From positions 10,144,001-10,208,000 of the forward strand of contig CP068257.2 of assembly GCA_009914755.4 (NCBI GenBank): a stretch of DNA of 64,000 nucleotides, given 5' to 3'. The notes under the pieces were generated by a model. That model did not search any database. It worked only from the letters and a program-made list of their open reading frames with translations, and was not told the DNA's origin. Origin of the DNA: the human T2T-CHM13v2.0 reference genome, Homo sapiens. The position numbers and the translations under genes are program-made. Shown here in pieces: positions 30,401 through 41,976 of this stretch (positions within the stretch are counted from its first letter, which is position 1; each line of letters opens with the position of its first letter).

Positions 30401-33400
30401 TGCTTCCATGTTGTTTTTATGTGAAGCTATTTCCTTTTCCACCATAGGCCTCTAAGCGCACCAAATATCCACTTGCAGATTCTACAAAAAGAGTGTTTCA
30501 AAACTACTCAACTAAAAGAAAGGTTCAACTCTGTGAGATGAATGCACACATCACAGAGAAGTTTCTGAGAATGCTTCTGTTAATTTTTATGTGAATATAT
30601 TTCCTTTTCTACAAAGGCCCCAAGGCTCTGCAAATATCCACTTGCAGATTCTACAAAAAGAGTGTTTCAAAACTCCTCAATCAAATGAAAGGTTCAAATA
30701 TGTGAGCTAAATGCACACATGACAAAGAAGTTTCTCAGAATGCTTCTGTGTACTTTTTATGAGAAGATATTTCCTTTTCCACCATAGGCCTCAAAGGGCT
30801 CCAAATATACACATGAAGATTCCAAAAAAAGACAGTTTCAAAACTCCTCTAACAAAAGATAGGTTCAACTCTGTGACTTGAATGCACACATCAAAAGCAG
30901 TTTATCAGAGTAATTCTGTGTAGTTTTTATGTGAAGATATTTCCTTTTCCACCAATGGCCAAAATGCCCTCCAAATATCCACATGCAGATTCTACGAAAA
31001 GAGTGTTTCCAATCTGCTCAAAAGAAAGGTTCAACTTTGTGAGATGAAAACACACATCACAAGGAAGTTTCTCAGAATGCTTCCATGCAGTTTTTATGTT
31101 AAGATATTTCTTTTTCCACCATGGGTCATAAGGGCTCCAAATATCCCCTTGCAGGTTCTACAAAAAGAGAGTTTCAAAACTGCCGTATCAAAAGATAGGT
31201 TCAACTCTGTGAGATGAATACACACATCACAAAGAAGTTTCTCAGAATGCTTCTGCTTATTTTTTTGTGAAGATATTACCTTTTCCACCATATGCCTCCA
31301 AGTCCTCTAAATATGCACTTGCAGATTCTACAAAAAAAGAGATTCAAAATTACTCAATCAAAAGGAAGTTTCAACTCTGTGAGACGAATGCACACATCAC
31401 AAAGAAGTTTCTCAGAATGCTTCTATGTAGTTTTTATGTGAAGATATTTCCTTTTCCACATTAGGCCTCCAAGGGCTCCAAATATCCACTTGCAGATTCT
31501 ACAAAAAGATTGTTTCCAAACTGCTCAATCAAAAGAAATTTTCAACACTGTGAGATGAATGCACACATCTCAAAGAAGTTTCTGATAATGCTTCTGTGCA
31601 GTTTTTATGTGAAGATGTTTCCTTTTCCACAATAGGCCTCACAGCACTCCAATTATACCCTTGCAGATCCCACAAAAAGAGTGTTTGAAAACTGCTCAAT
31701 CAAATGAAAGTTTCACCTCTGTGAGAAGAATGCACACATCCCAAAGAAGTTTCTCAGAATGCTTCTGTGTAGTTTTTATATAAAGATATTTCCTTTTCCA
31801 CCATAGGCCTCAAAGGGCTCCGAATATCCCCTTGCAGATTCTACAAAAAGAGAGTTTCAAAACTGCTCTATCAAAAGATAGGTTCAAATCTGTGTGATAA
31901 ATGCACACATCCCAAACAAATTTCTCAGAATGCTTCTGTGTATTTTTTATGTGAAGATATTTCAATTTCCACCATAGGCCTCAAAGCTCTCCAATTATCC
32001 ACTTGCAGATCCTACAAAAAGATTTTCAGAACTGCTCTATCAAAAGAAAAGTTCAACTCTGAGAGATGAATGCACACAAAACAAAGAGGTTTTTGAGAAT
32101 GCTTCTGTGTAGTTTTTCTGTGAAGTTATTTCCTTTTCCACAATAGGCCACAAAGAGCTCCAAATATCCCCTTGCAGATTCTACAAAAAGAGAGTTTCAA
32201 AACTGCTCTATCAAAAGATAGGTTCAACTATGTGGTTTGAATGCACATATGAAAAAAGCAGTTTCTCAGAATGCTTCTGTGTAGTTTTTATGAGAAGATA
32301 TTTCCTTTTCCCCAATAGGCCTCCAAGGGCTCCAAATATCCACTTGCAGATTCTATTAAAAGAGTGTTTCCAAACTGCTCAATATAATGAAAGTTTCAAT
32401 ACTGTGAGATGAATGCTCACATCAAAAATAAGTTTCTGAGAATGCTTCTGTGTACTTTTTATGTGAAGATATTTCCTTTTCAACAATAGGCCTCAAAGAG
32501 CTCCAATTATACACTTGCAGATTCTACAAAAAGAGTGTTTGAAAACTGCTCAATCAAATGAAATATTCACCTCTGTGAGATGAATGCACACATCACAAAG
32601 AAGTTCCTCAGAATACTTCTGTGTAGTTTTTATGTGAGGATGTTTCCTTTTCCAACATTGGCTGCAAAGGGCTCCAATTATCCAGTTGCAGATACCACAA
32701 AAAGAGAGTTTCCAAACTGCTCTATCAAAAGATAGGTTCAACTATGTGAGATGAATACACAAATCCCAAACAAGTTCCTCAGAATGCTTCTGTGTAGTTA
32801 TTATGTGAAGTTATTTCCATTTCAACCATTGACTTCTAAGCTCTCCAAATATCCTCTTACATATTCTACAAAAAGAGCGTTTCAAAACTGTCCAATCAAA
32901 AGAAATGTTCAACACTGGGAGATGAATGCACACATCTCAAAGAAGTTTCTCAGAATGCTTCTATCTGGTATTTATGTGAAGATATCTCCTTTTCCACCAT
33001 AGGCTTCAAAGAGCTTCAAATGTCCACTTGCAGATCCCACAAAAAGAGATTTTCAAAACTGCTCAATCAAAAGAAATGTTTCACACTGTGAGATAAATGA
33101 ACACATCACAAGGAAGTTTCTCAGATTGCTTCTGTCTAGATTTTATGTGAAGATATTTCCTTTTCCACCATACGCCTCAAGGTGCTCGAAATGTCAACTT
33201 GCAGATACTTCAAAAAGAGGATTTCCAAACTGGTCATTCAAAAGAAACCTTCAACTCTGAGATATGAATGCACACATCACAAAAAAGTTTCTCAGAATGC
33301 TTCTATCTGGTTTTCATGTGAAGATATTTCCTTTTTCACCATAGACTTCAAAGTGCTCCAAATGTCCGATTACAGATTCTACAAAAAGAGAGTTTCAAAC

Positions 33401-34455
33401 TGCTCAATCCAAACAAAGGTTTAATTATGTGAGATAAATGAACACCTCACAAAGAAGTTTCTCAGATTGCTTCTATCTAGATTTTATGTGAAGTTATTTC
33501 CTTTTCTACCATAGGCCGCAAAGAGCTCCAAATCTCCACTTGCAAATTCTACAAAAAGACTGTTTCCAAACTGCTCAATCAAAAGAAAGGTTGAACTCTG
33601 TGAGATGAACGCACACATCGCCAAGAACTTTGTCAGAATTCTTCTGTCTAGTTTTTATGTGAAGATATTACCTTTTCCAAAATAGGCCTCAAAAAGCTCC
33701 AAATGTCCACTTGCAGATACTACAAAAAGAGAGTTTCAATACTGCTCACTAAAAAAAAAAAAAGCTTTAACTCTGTGAGAAGAAGGAACACATCAGAAAG
33801 AAATTTCTCAGATTGCTTCTGTCTAGATTTTATATGAAGATATTTCCTTCCTACCATTGGCCGCAAAGCACTCCAAATGTCCACTTGCAGATTCTACAAA
33901 AAAAGATTTTCAAAACTGCCCAATCAAAAGGAAGGTTCAACGCCGTGAGTTGAACCCACCCATTACAAACAAGTTTCTCAAAATTCTTTTCTCTAGTTTT
34001 TAGGTGAAGATATTTCCTTTTCCACCTTTGGCCTCAAAGTGCTCAAAATGTCCACTTGCAGATTTTACGAAAAGAGTTTCAAAACTGCTCAATCAAAAGA
34101 AAGGTTTATCTCTGGGAGATGAATGCACACATAACAAAGGGGTTCCTCAGATTGCTACTGTCTAGATTTTATGTGAAGATATTTCCTTTTCTACCATAGG
34201 CCGCAAAGCGCTCCAAATGTCCACTTGTAGATTCTACAAAAAGAGTGTTTCCAAACTGCTCAATCAAAAGAAACGTTTACCTCCGTGAGATGAATGCACA
34301 AATCACAAAGAAGTTTCTCAGAAGTTTTCTGCCTAGTTTTTATGTGAAGATATTTCCTTTTCCACCACATGCCTCAAGGATCTCGAAACGTCCAATTGCA
34401 GATTCTTCAAAAAGAGTATTTCAAAACTCGTCCTTCAAAAGAAAGGTTCAGCTCT
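24438..34455 (-). repeat. Alpha satellite monomeric array (continuation). Contains local segmental duplications (see findings)
   Basis: ~171-bp alphoid periodicity. From ~33000 onward two monomer types alternate (…tctcagattgcttctgtctagattttatgtg… / …tctcagaatgcttctatctagttttt…), suggesting dimeric organisation. Confidence 0.96.
34437..34455. repeat. 5' target-site duplication of the SVA (AAAAGAAAGGTTCAGCTCT)
   Basis: aaaagaaaggttcagctct precedes the (CCCTCT)n start of the SVA. A near-identical aaaagaaaggttcaactct follows the element at 36363-36381. Confidence 0.88.
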
Positions 34456-36362
34456 CCCTCTCCCTCTCCCTCTCCTCATGGTCTCCCTCTCCCTCTCCCC
34501 ATGGTCTCCCTCTCCCTCTCTTTCCACTGTCTCCCTCTGATGTCGAGCCGAAGCTGGACTGTACTGCTGCCATCTCTGCTCACTGCAACCTCCCTGCCTG
34601 ATTCTCCTGTCTCAGCCTGCTGAGTGCCTGCAATTGCAGGCGTGCGCCACCACGTCTGACTGGTTTTTGTATTTTTTTGGTGGAGACGGGGTTTCGCTGT
34701 GTTGGCTGGGCTGGTCTCCAGCTCCTAACCGCGAGTGATCTGCCAGCCTCGGCCTCCCGAGGTGCTGGGATTGCAGATGGAGTCTCATTCACTCAGTGCT
34801 CAATGTTGCCCAGGCTGGAGTGCAGTGGCATGATCTCGGCTCGCTACAACCTCCACCTCCCAGCCACCAGCCTTGGCCTCCCAAAGTGCCGAGATTGCAG
34901 TCTCTGCCCAGCCGCCACCCCATCTGGGAAGTGAGGAGCATCTCTGCCTGGCCGCCCATCGTCTGGGATGTGTGGAGCCCCTCAGCCTGGCTGCCCAGTC
35001 TGGGAAGTGAAGAGCACCTCTTCCCAGTTGCCATCCCATCTAGGAAGTGAGGAGCGTCTCTGCACAGACACCCATCGTCTGAGATGTGGGGAGCGCCTCT
35101 GCCCCGCCACCCCATCTGGGATGTGAGGAGTGCCTCTGCCCAGCCACGACCCCGTCTGGGAGGTGAGGAGCGTTTCTGCCCGGCTGCCCCGTCTGAGAAA
35201 TGAGGAGCCCCTCTGCCCGGCAGCTGCCCCATCTGGGAAGTGAGGAGTGTCTCCGCCCGGCAGCCGCCCCGTCCAGGAGTGAGGTGGGGGGCAACCCCCA
35301 CCCGGCAAGCCACCCTGTCTGGGAGGAAGGTGGGGGGCAGCCCCCGCCCAGCCAGCCACCCCATCTGGGAGGAAGGTGGGGGGCAGCCCCCACCCGGCCA
35401 GCTGCCCCATCCGGGAGGAAGGTGGGGGGCAGCCCCCGCCCGGCCAGCCACCCCGGCAGGGAGGGAGGTGGGGAGCAGCCCATGCCCGGCCAGCCACCCC
35501 ATCCAGGAGGTGGGGGGCATCCCCCACCCGGCCAGCCACCCCATCCGGGAGGTGGGGGGCGCCTCTGCCCGGCCACCCCTTCTGGGAAGTGAGGAGCCCC
35601 TCTGCCCGGCCGCCACCCCGTCTGGGAGGTGTACCCAACAGCTCATTGAGAACAGGCCATGATGACGATGGTGGTTTGTCAAATAGAAAAGGGGGAAATG
35701 TGGGGAAAAGATAGAGAAATCAGATTGTTGCTGTGTCTGTGTAGAAAGAAGTAGACATAGACTCCATTTTGTTCTGTACTAAGAAAAATTCTTCTGCCCT
35801 GGGATGCTGTTGATCTGTGACCTTACCCCCAACCCAGTGCTCTCTGAAACATGTGCTGTGTCCACTCAGGGTTAAATGGATTAAGGGCAGTGCAAGATGT
35901 ACTTTGTTAAACAGATGCTTGAAGGCAGCATGCTCGTTAAGAGTCATCACCACTCCCTAATCTCAAGTACCCAGGGACACAAACACTGTGGAAGGCCTCA
36001 GGGTCCTCTGCCTAGGAAAACCAGAGACCTTTGTTCACTTGTTTATCTGCTGACCTTCCCTCCACTATTGTCCTATGACCCTGCCAAATCCCCCTCTGCG
36101 AGAAACACCCAAGAATGATCAATAAAAAAAAAAGAAAAAAAAACAACAAAAACAAAAACTAGAAGAGTATAATTGGATGTTTGTAACACAAAGGATAATA
36201 AATACCTGAGGGAATGGATAGTCTATTTTCCATGCTGTGATTTTTACACCCTGCATGCCTGTATCAAAACATCTCATGTATCCATAAATATATATACCTA
36301 CTAAATACCCACCAAAATTAAAAATTAAAAAATAAATAAAGTATACAAAATGAAAGGCAAAA
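34456..36362 (+). mobile_element. SVA retrotransposon (hominid-specific composite: CCCTCT hexamer repeat, Alu-like region, VNTR, SINE-R, poly-A), plus ~190-bp putative 3' transduction and second poly-A
   Basis: 34456-34545: ccctctccctctccctctcctcatggtctccctctccctctcc. ~34546-34905: antisense Alu-like segments (…ctgactggtttttgtatttttttggtggagacggggtttcgctgtgttggc…cccaggctggagtgcagtggcatgatctcggctc…). ~34906-35635: GC-rich ~35-50-bp VNTR units (…ccccatctgggaagtgaggagcgcctctgcccggccgcc…). 35636-36122: SINE-R (HERV-K-derived) …tgtggggaaaagatagagaaatcagattgttgctgtgtctgtgtagaaag…ctgcgagaaacacccaagaatgatcaataaa. 36123-36168: poly-A. 36169-36358: unrelated unique sequence. 36359-36366: A-run followed by the TSD. 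Confidence 0.93.
36169..36358 (+). other. Putative SVA 3' transduction (unique non-satellite, non-SVA sequence carried between the SVA poly-A and a second poly-A/TSD)
   Basis: ctagaagagtataattggatgtttgtaacacaaaggataataaatacctgagggaatggatagtctattttccatgctgtg...aaagtatacaaaatgaaaggc has no alphoid, SVA or Alu similarity. It lies inside the TSD-bounded insertion. Confidence 0.6.
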
Positions 36363-36381
36363 AAAAGAAAGGTTCAACTCT
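36363..36381. repeat. 3' target-site duplication of the SVA (AAAAGAAAGGTTCAACTCT)
   Basis: Matches 34437-34455 at 18 of 19 positions. The alpha monomer resumes in phase after it. Confidence 0.88.
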
Positions 36382-39300
36382 GAGATATGACTGCACACAT
36401 CACAAAGAAGTTTCTCAGAATACTTCTATCTAGTTTTCCTGTGAAGATATTTCCTTTTCCACCATAGACCGCAAAGCACTCCAAATGTCCACTTGCAGAT
36501 TCTACAAAAACAGAGTTTCAAACTGCTCAATCAAAAGAAAGTTTTAACTCTGTGAAGTGAATGCACAAATCACAATAAAAGTTTCTCAGATTGTTTCTGT
36601 CTAGATTTTATGTGAAGATATTTCCTTTTGTACCAAAGGATGCAAAGCCCTTCAAATGTCCACTTGCAGATTCTACAAAAGGAGAGTTTTCAAACTGCTC
36701 AATCAAAAGAAATTTTCAACTCTGTGAGATAAACACAGACATCACAATGAAGTTTCTCAGAATTCTTCTATCTAGTTTTTATGTGAGGATATTTCCTTTT
36801 CCACCATAGGCCTCAAAGCGCTCCAAAAGTCCACTTGCAGATTCTACAAAAAGAGAATTTTAAGCTACTCAATCAAAAGAAAGTTTTAACTCTGTGAGAT
36901 GAATGCACACATCAAAAAGAAGTTTCTCAGATTGCTTCTGTCTAGATTTTGTGTGAAGATATTTCCTTTTGTACCAAAGGATGCAAAGCCCTTCAAATGT
37001 CCACTTGCAGATTCTACAAAAAGAGAGTTTTCAAACTGCTCAATCAAAAGAAATTTTCAACGCTGTGAGATAAACACAGACATCACAATGAAGTTTCTCA
37101 GATTTCTTCTGTCTAGTTTTTATGTGAGGATATTTCCTTTTCCACCATAGGCCTCAAAGCACTCCAAAAGTCCACTTGCAGATTCTACAAAAAGAGAATT
37201 TTAAACTACTCAATCAAAAGAAAATTTTTAATTCTGTGAGATGAATGCACACATCAAAAATAAGTTTCTCAGATTGCTTCTGTCTAGATTTTATGTGAAG
37301 ATACTTCCTTTTCTACCACAGCCCTCAAAGCGCTGCAAATGTCCACTTGTAGATCCTACAAAAAGTGTTTCCAAACTGCTTAATCAAAAGAAAGGTTAAA
37401 CTCTGTAAGATGAACGCACGTATCACAAAGAAATTTCTCAGAATTCTTCTGTGTAGTTTTTATGTGAAGACGTTTCCTATTCCACCATAGGCCTTAAAGC
37501 GCTAAAAGTGTCCAATTGCAGGTTCTACAAAAAGAGAGTTTCAAAACTGTTCAATCAAAACAAAGGTTTAACTCTTTGATATGAATGCACACATCACAAA
37601 GAAATTTCTCAGATTGCTTCTGTCGAGATTTTATGTGATGGTATTTCATTTTATAACATAGGACGCAAAGCGCTCCAAATATCTACTTGCAGATTTTACA
37701 TAAAGAGTTTTTCCAAACTGCTCACTCAAAATAAAGGTTCACCTTTGTGTGATGAACGTACACATCACAATGAAGTTTCTCAGAAATCTTCAGTCTAGTT
37801 TTGATGTGAAGATATTTCCTTTTCCACCATTGTCCTCAAAGTGCTCCAAATGTCCACTATCAGATTCTACAAAAAAGAGAGTTTCAAACTGTTCAATCAC
37901 AGGAAAGGTTTAACACTGTGAGATGAATACACAAATCAAAAAGAAGTTTCTCAGTTTGCTTCTCTCTAGATTTTATGTGAAGATATTTCTTTCACTACCA
38001 TAGGCCGCAAAGCACTCCAAATGTCCAATTGCAGATTCTACAAATAGAGTGTTTAAAACTGCTCAATCAAAAGAAAGGTTCAACCCTGTGAGATGAATGC
38101 CCACCTTACAAAAAAGTTTCTCAGAATTCTTCTGTCTTGTTTTATGTGAAGATATTTCCTTTTCTACCATAGGCCTCAAAGCTCCCAAAATGTCCACTTG
38201 TAGATTCTACAAAAAGAGTATTTCAAAACTGCTCAATGGAAAAATCTCCAAATCTGTGACATGCATGGACACATCACAAAGAATTTTCTCAGAATGCTTC
38301 TATCTAGTTTTTATGTGAAGATATTTCCTTTTCCAAAACAGGCCTCAAATTTCTCCCAATATCCACTTGCAGATTCTCAAAAAGAATGTTTCAAAACTGC
38401 TCAATCATAAGAAAATTTCAACTCTGTCACGTGAATGCACACATGTCAAAGGAGTTGCTCAGAATGCTTCTGTCTAGTTTTTATGTGAAGATATTTTCTT
38501 TTCCACTTTAGACAGTATAGCACTCCAAATATCCACTTGCATATTCTACAAAAATAGTGTTTCCAAACTGCTCAACCAAAAGAAAGGTTCGAGCCTGTGA
38601 GATGAGTGCACACATCATAAAGAAGATTCTCAGAATGCTTCTATCTAGTTTTTATGTGAAGATATTTCCTTTTCCACCATAGGCCTCAAAGTGCTCCAAA
38701 TGACCAATTGCAGATTCTACAAATGAGTTTTTCAAAACTGCTCAATCAAAAGAAAGGTTCAACTCTCTAAGATGAATTCACATATCACAAAGAATTTTCT
38801 CAGAATGATTCTGTCTAGTTTTTATGTGAAGATATTTCCTTTTCCACCATAGTCCACAAAGCGCTCCAAATGTCCTATTGCAGATTCTACAAGAGTGTTT
38901 CAAAACAGCTCAATCAAAAGTAAGGTTAAATTCGGTGAGATGAATGCACACATCACAAAGAAGGTTCTCAGAATGCTTCTGTTTAGCACTTAAGGGAAGA
39001 TATTTTCTTTTCCACCATAGGCCTCAAAACACTCCAAATGTCCTCTTGCAAATTCTACAAAACGTGTTTCAAAACTGATCAATCAAAAGAAAGTTCCAAC
39101 TCTGTCAGATGAATGCACACATCCCAAATAAGTTTGTCAGAATGATTCGGTATAGTTTTTATGTGAAAATGTTTCCTTTTCCACCATAGCCTGCAAAGTG
39201 CTCCAAATGTCCACTTGCAGATTCTACAAAAAGAGTGTTTCAGAACTGCTCAATCGAAAGTAAGGTTCAAATCTGGAAGATAGATGCGCACATCCAAAAG

Positions 39301-40243
39301 AAGTTGGTCAGAATGATTCTATCTAGTTTTAATGTGAAGATGTTTCCTTTTCCACACTAGGCCTCACAGTGCTCAAAATGTCCACTTGCAGATTCTACAA
39401 AAAGAGTGTTTTGAAACTGCTCAATCAAAATAAAATTTCAACACTGTGAGGTGAATGCACACATCACAAAGAAGTTTCGCACACATCACAAAGAAGTTTC
39501 TCAGAATGCTTCTGTTAAGTTTTTATGTGAAGATATTTCCTTTTCCACCGTAGGCCTGAACACTCTCCAAATATCTACTTGCCGATTCTACAAAAAGAGT
39601 GTTTCAAAACTGCTCAATGAAAAGAAACTTTCAAATCTGTGAGATGAATTCACACATCACAAAGAAGTTTGTCAGAATGTTTCTGTATAGTTTTTATATG
39701 AAGATACTTCCTTTTCCACCATAGGCTTCAAAGTGCTCCAAATTTCCACATGCAGATTGTACAAAGTCTTTCAAAGCCATTCAATCAAATGAAAGGTTCA
39801 AACCTGTGAGATGAATGCACACATCACAAAGAAATTTGTCAGAATGCTTCTGTCTAGCTTTTTTGAAGATATTTCCTTTTCCATCATATGATTCAAAGAG
39901 CTCCAAATGTCCACTTGCAGATAATACAAAAAGGGAGTTTCAAAGCTGCTGAATCAAAAGAAAGGTTCAATTCTTTGAGATGAATGCACATATCACAAAG
40001 AAGTTTGCAGAATGCTTCTGTCTAGTTTTCATGTGAAGATTTTTTTTCAACATATGCCTCAAATCGCTCCAAATGTCCACTTGCAGATCCTACAAAACGA
40101 GTGTTTCCAAACTGCTTAATAAAAAGAAATGTTCAACTCTGTGAGAAGACCTCACACATCACAAAGAAGTTTCTCAGACTGCTTCTGTCTAGGTTTTATG
40201 TAAAGATATTTCCTTTTCCACCATAGGCCTCAAAGTGCTCCAA
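36363..40243 (-). repeat. Alpha satellite array (continuation). Includes a high-identity ~340-bp dimer repeated about 2.5 times at ~36540-37320
   Basis: ~171-bp alphoid periodicity. Near-identical ORF-track peptides at 36591-36809 and 36899-37150 (…SRFYVKIFPFVPKDAKPFKCPLADSTK(G/R)EFSNCSIKRNFQ(L/R)CEINTDITMKFLR…) show a locally amplified dimer. Confidence 0.95.
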
Positions 40244-40371
40244 TCCACTCCACTGCATTCCATTCTGTCCCATTCCATTCCACTCCATTCCACTCCACCT
40301 CACTCCACTGCACTCCGCCCCACTCCATTCCATTCCATTACATTACATTCCACTCCATTCCATTACATTCA

Positions 40372-40448
40372 TTTCTTTCGACAGGATCTCACTCTGTAAC
40401 CCAGGCTGTAATGCAGTGGCACAATCTCAGCTCACATTACATTTCACC
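40372..40448 (-). repeat. Alu 3'-end-derived ~75-bp segment embedded in an HSat3 unit (copy 1 of 37)
   Basis: tttctttcgacaggatctcactctgtaacccaggctgtaatgcagtggcacaatctcagctcacattacatttcacc resembles the reverse complement of the Alu tail plus 3' end, tttttttgagacggagtctcgctctgtcgcccaggctggagtgcagtggcgcgatctcggctcac, with CpG decay. Confidence 0.7.
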
Positions 40449-40581
40449 TTTCCATTCCATTCCATTGCATTCCATTCCTTTCCATTCTATTCCATTCCAC
40501 TCCACTCCAAACCACTCTACTCGACTCCACTCCACTCCATTCCATTCCATCCCATTGCATTCAACTCCACTCCACTCCACT

Positions 40582-40661
40582 CCTTTCTTTTGACAGTTAT
40601 CTCACCCTGTCAACCAGCCTGGAGTTAAGTGGCACAATCTCAGCTCACATTTCATTTCACC
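40582..40661 (-). repeat. Alu 3'-end-derived segment in HSat3 (copy 2)
   Basis: tcctttcttttgacagttatctcaccctgtcaaccagcctggagttaagtggcacaatctcagctcacatttcatttcacc. Confidence 0.65.
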
Positions 40662-40851
40662 ATTCCATTCCAATCCATTCCACGACATTCCATTCCATTG
40701 CATTTCATTCAATTCCATTCCACTCCATTCCATTCCATTCCACTCCACTCCACTCCACTCCACTCCATTCCAATCCATCACACTCCCTTTCACTACATTG
40801 CATTCCACTCCACTCCACTCCCTTCTATTCCATCCCATTGCATTAAACTCC

Positions 40852-40972
40852 ACTCCACTACACTACACTGCACTACACTACACTACACTCCACTTCACTA
40901 CACTACACTACACTACACTACACTACACTACACTACACTACACTACACTACACTACACTACACTACACTCCC
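40852..40972. repeat. (CACTA)n expansion (~22 units) inside the HSat3 array
   Basis: cactacactacactacactacactacactacactacactacactacactacacta…. Confidence 0.9.
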
Positions 40973-41014
40973 TTCCATTCCATTCCATTCCAGACCACTC
41001 CATTCCATTCCATT

Positions 41015-41091
41015 CCTTTCTTTCAATAGGATATCACTCTGTAACCCAGGCTGGAGTGCAGTGGAGCAATCTCAGGAGACATTTCACTTCA
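41015..41091 (-). repeat. Alu 3'-end-derived segment in HSat3 (copy 3)
   Basis: cctttctttcaataggatatcactctgtaacccaggctggagtgcagtggagcaatctcaggagacatttcacttcacc. Confidence 0.65.
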
Positions 41092-41420
41092 CCATTACAT
41101 TGCATTGCATTCCATTCCATTCATTTCCATTCCATAACATTCCACTGCACTCCACTCCACTCCACTACACTCCACTCCACTTCAATCCACTCAACTCCAT
41201 TCCAATCCATTTCATTCCATTCCATCCACTCCATTCCACTCCATTCCACTCCAATCCACTCCACTTCAGTCCAGTCCATTCCACTCCATTCCACTCCAAT
41301 CCATCCCATCACATTCCACTCCATTCCTCTCCACTCCACTCCACTTCACTCCACTCCATTCAACTCCATTCCATTCCATTCCATTCCATTCCATTCCATT
41401 CCATTCCATTCCATTCCATT

Positions 41421-41498
41421 CCTTTCTTTCAACAGGATCTCACTCTGTCACCCAGGCTGGAGTGCAGCGGCACTATCTCAGCTCACATTTCATTTCAC
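41421..41498 (-). repeat. Alu 3'-end-derived segment in HSat3 (copy 4)
   Basis: tttctttcaacaggatctcactctgtcacccaggctggagtgcagcggcactatctcagctcacatttcatttcacc. Confidence 0.7.
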
Positions 41499-41896
41499 CA
41501 TTTCATTCCATTCCATTCCATTCCATTCCATTCCATTCCACTCCATTCCATTCAATTCCATTCCATTCTGTTCCATTCCACTTCATTCCAGTCCACCCTT
41601 CTACACTCCAAGCCACTCCACTCCATTCCATTGAATTCCATTGTATTCCACTCCATTCCACTCCACTCCACTCCACTCTAATCAACTCTACTCCACTCCA
41701 TTCCATTCCATTCCATTCCATTCCACTCCATTCCATTCCTTTCCATTCCATTACATCCCATTCCATTACATCCCATTCCATTCCACCCCATTCCATTCCA
41801 CAGCATTCCACTCCACTCCACTAAACTCCACTCCAATCCACTCCATTCAATTCCATTCAATTCTACTCCATTCCATTCCACTCTATTCCATTCCAT

Positions 41897-41976
41897 TCCT
41901 TTCTTTTGACAGGATCTCACTCTGTCACCCAGAGTGGAGTGCAGTAACACAATTTCAGTTCACATTTCATTTCACC
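41897..41976 (-). repeat. Alu 3'-end-derived segment in HSat3 (copy 5)
   Basis: tttcttttgacaggatctcactctgtcacccagagtggagtgcagtaacacaatttcagttcacatttcatttcacc. Confidence 0.7.

Noticed and set aside
34900-35640. GC-rich region with overlapping long ORFs on both strands (e.g. 297 aa at 34789-35682, P/G/R-rich)
   Set aside because: This is the SVA VNTR. Its GC-rich 35-50-bp tandem units lack stops, and the translations are low-complexity. Not a gene
35640-36120. Apparent retroviral-like sequence (env/LTR-like) suggesting an endogenous retrovirus
   Set aside because: It is the SINE-R module of the SVA (derived from HERV-K), part of the composite element rather than a separate ERV
39466-39510. 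22-bp direct duplication cacacatcacaaagaagtttc within one alpha monomer
   Set aside because: Trivial small tandem duplication, with no functional implication discernible
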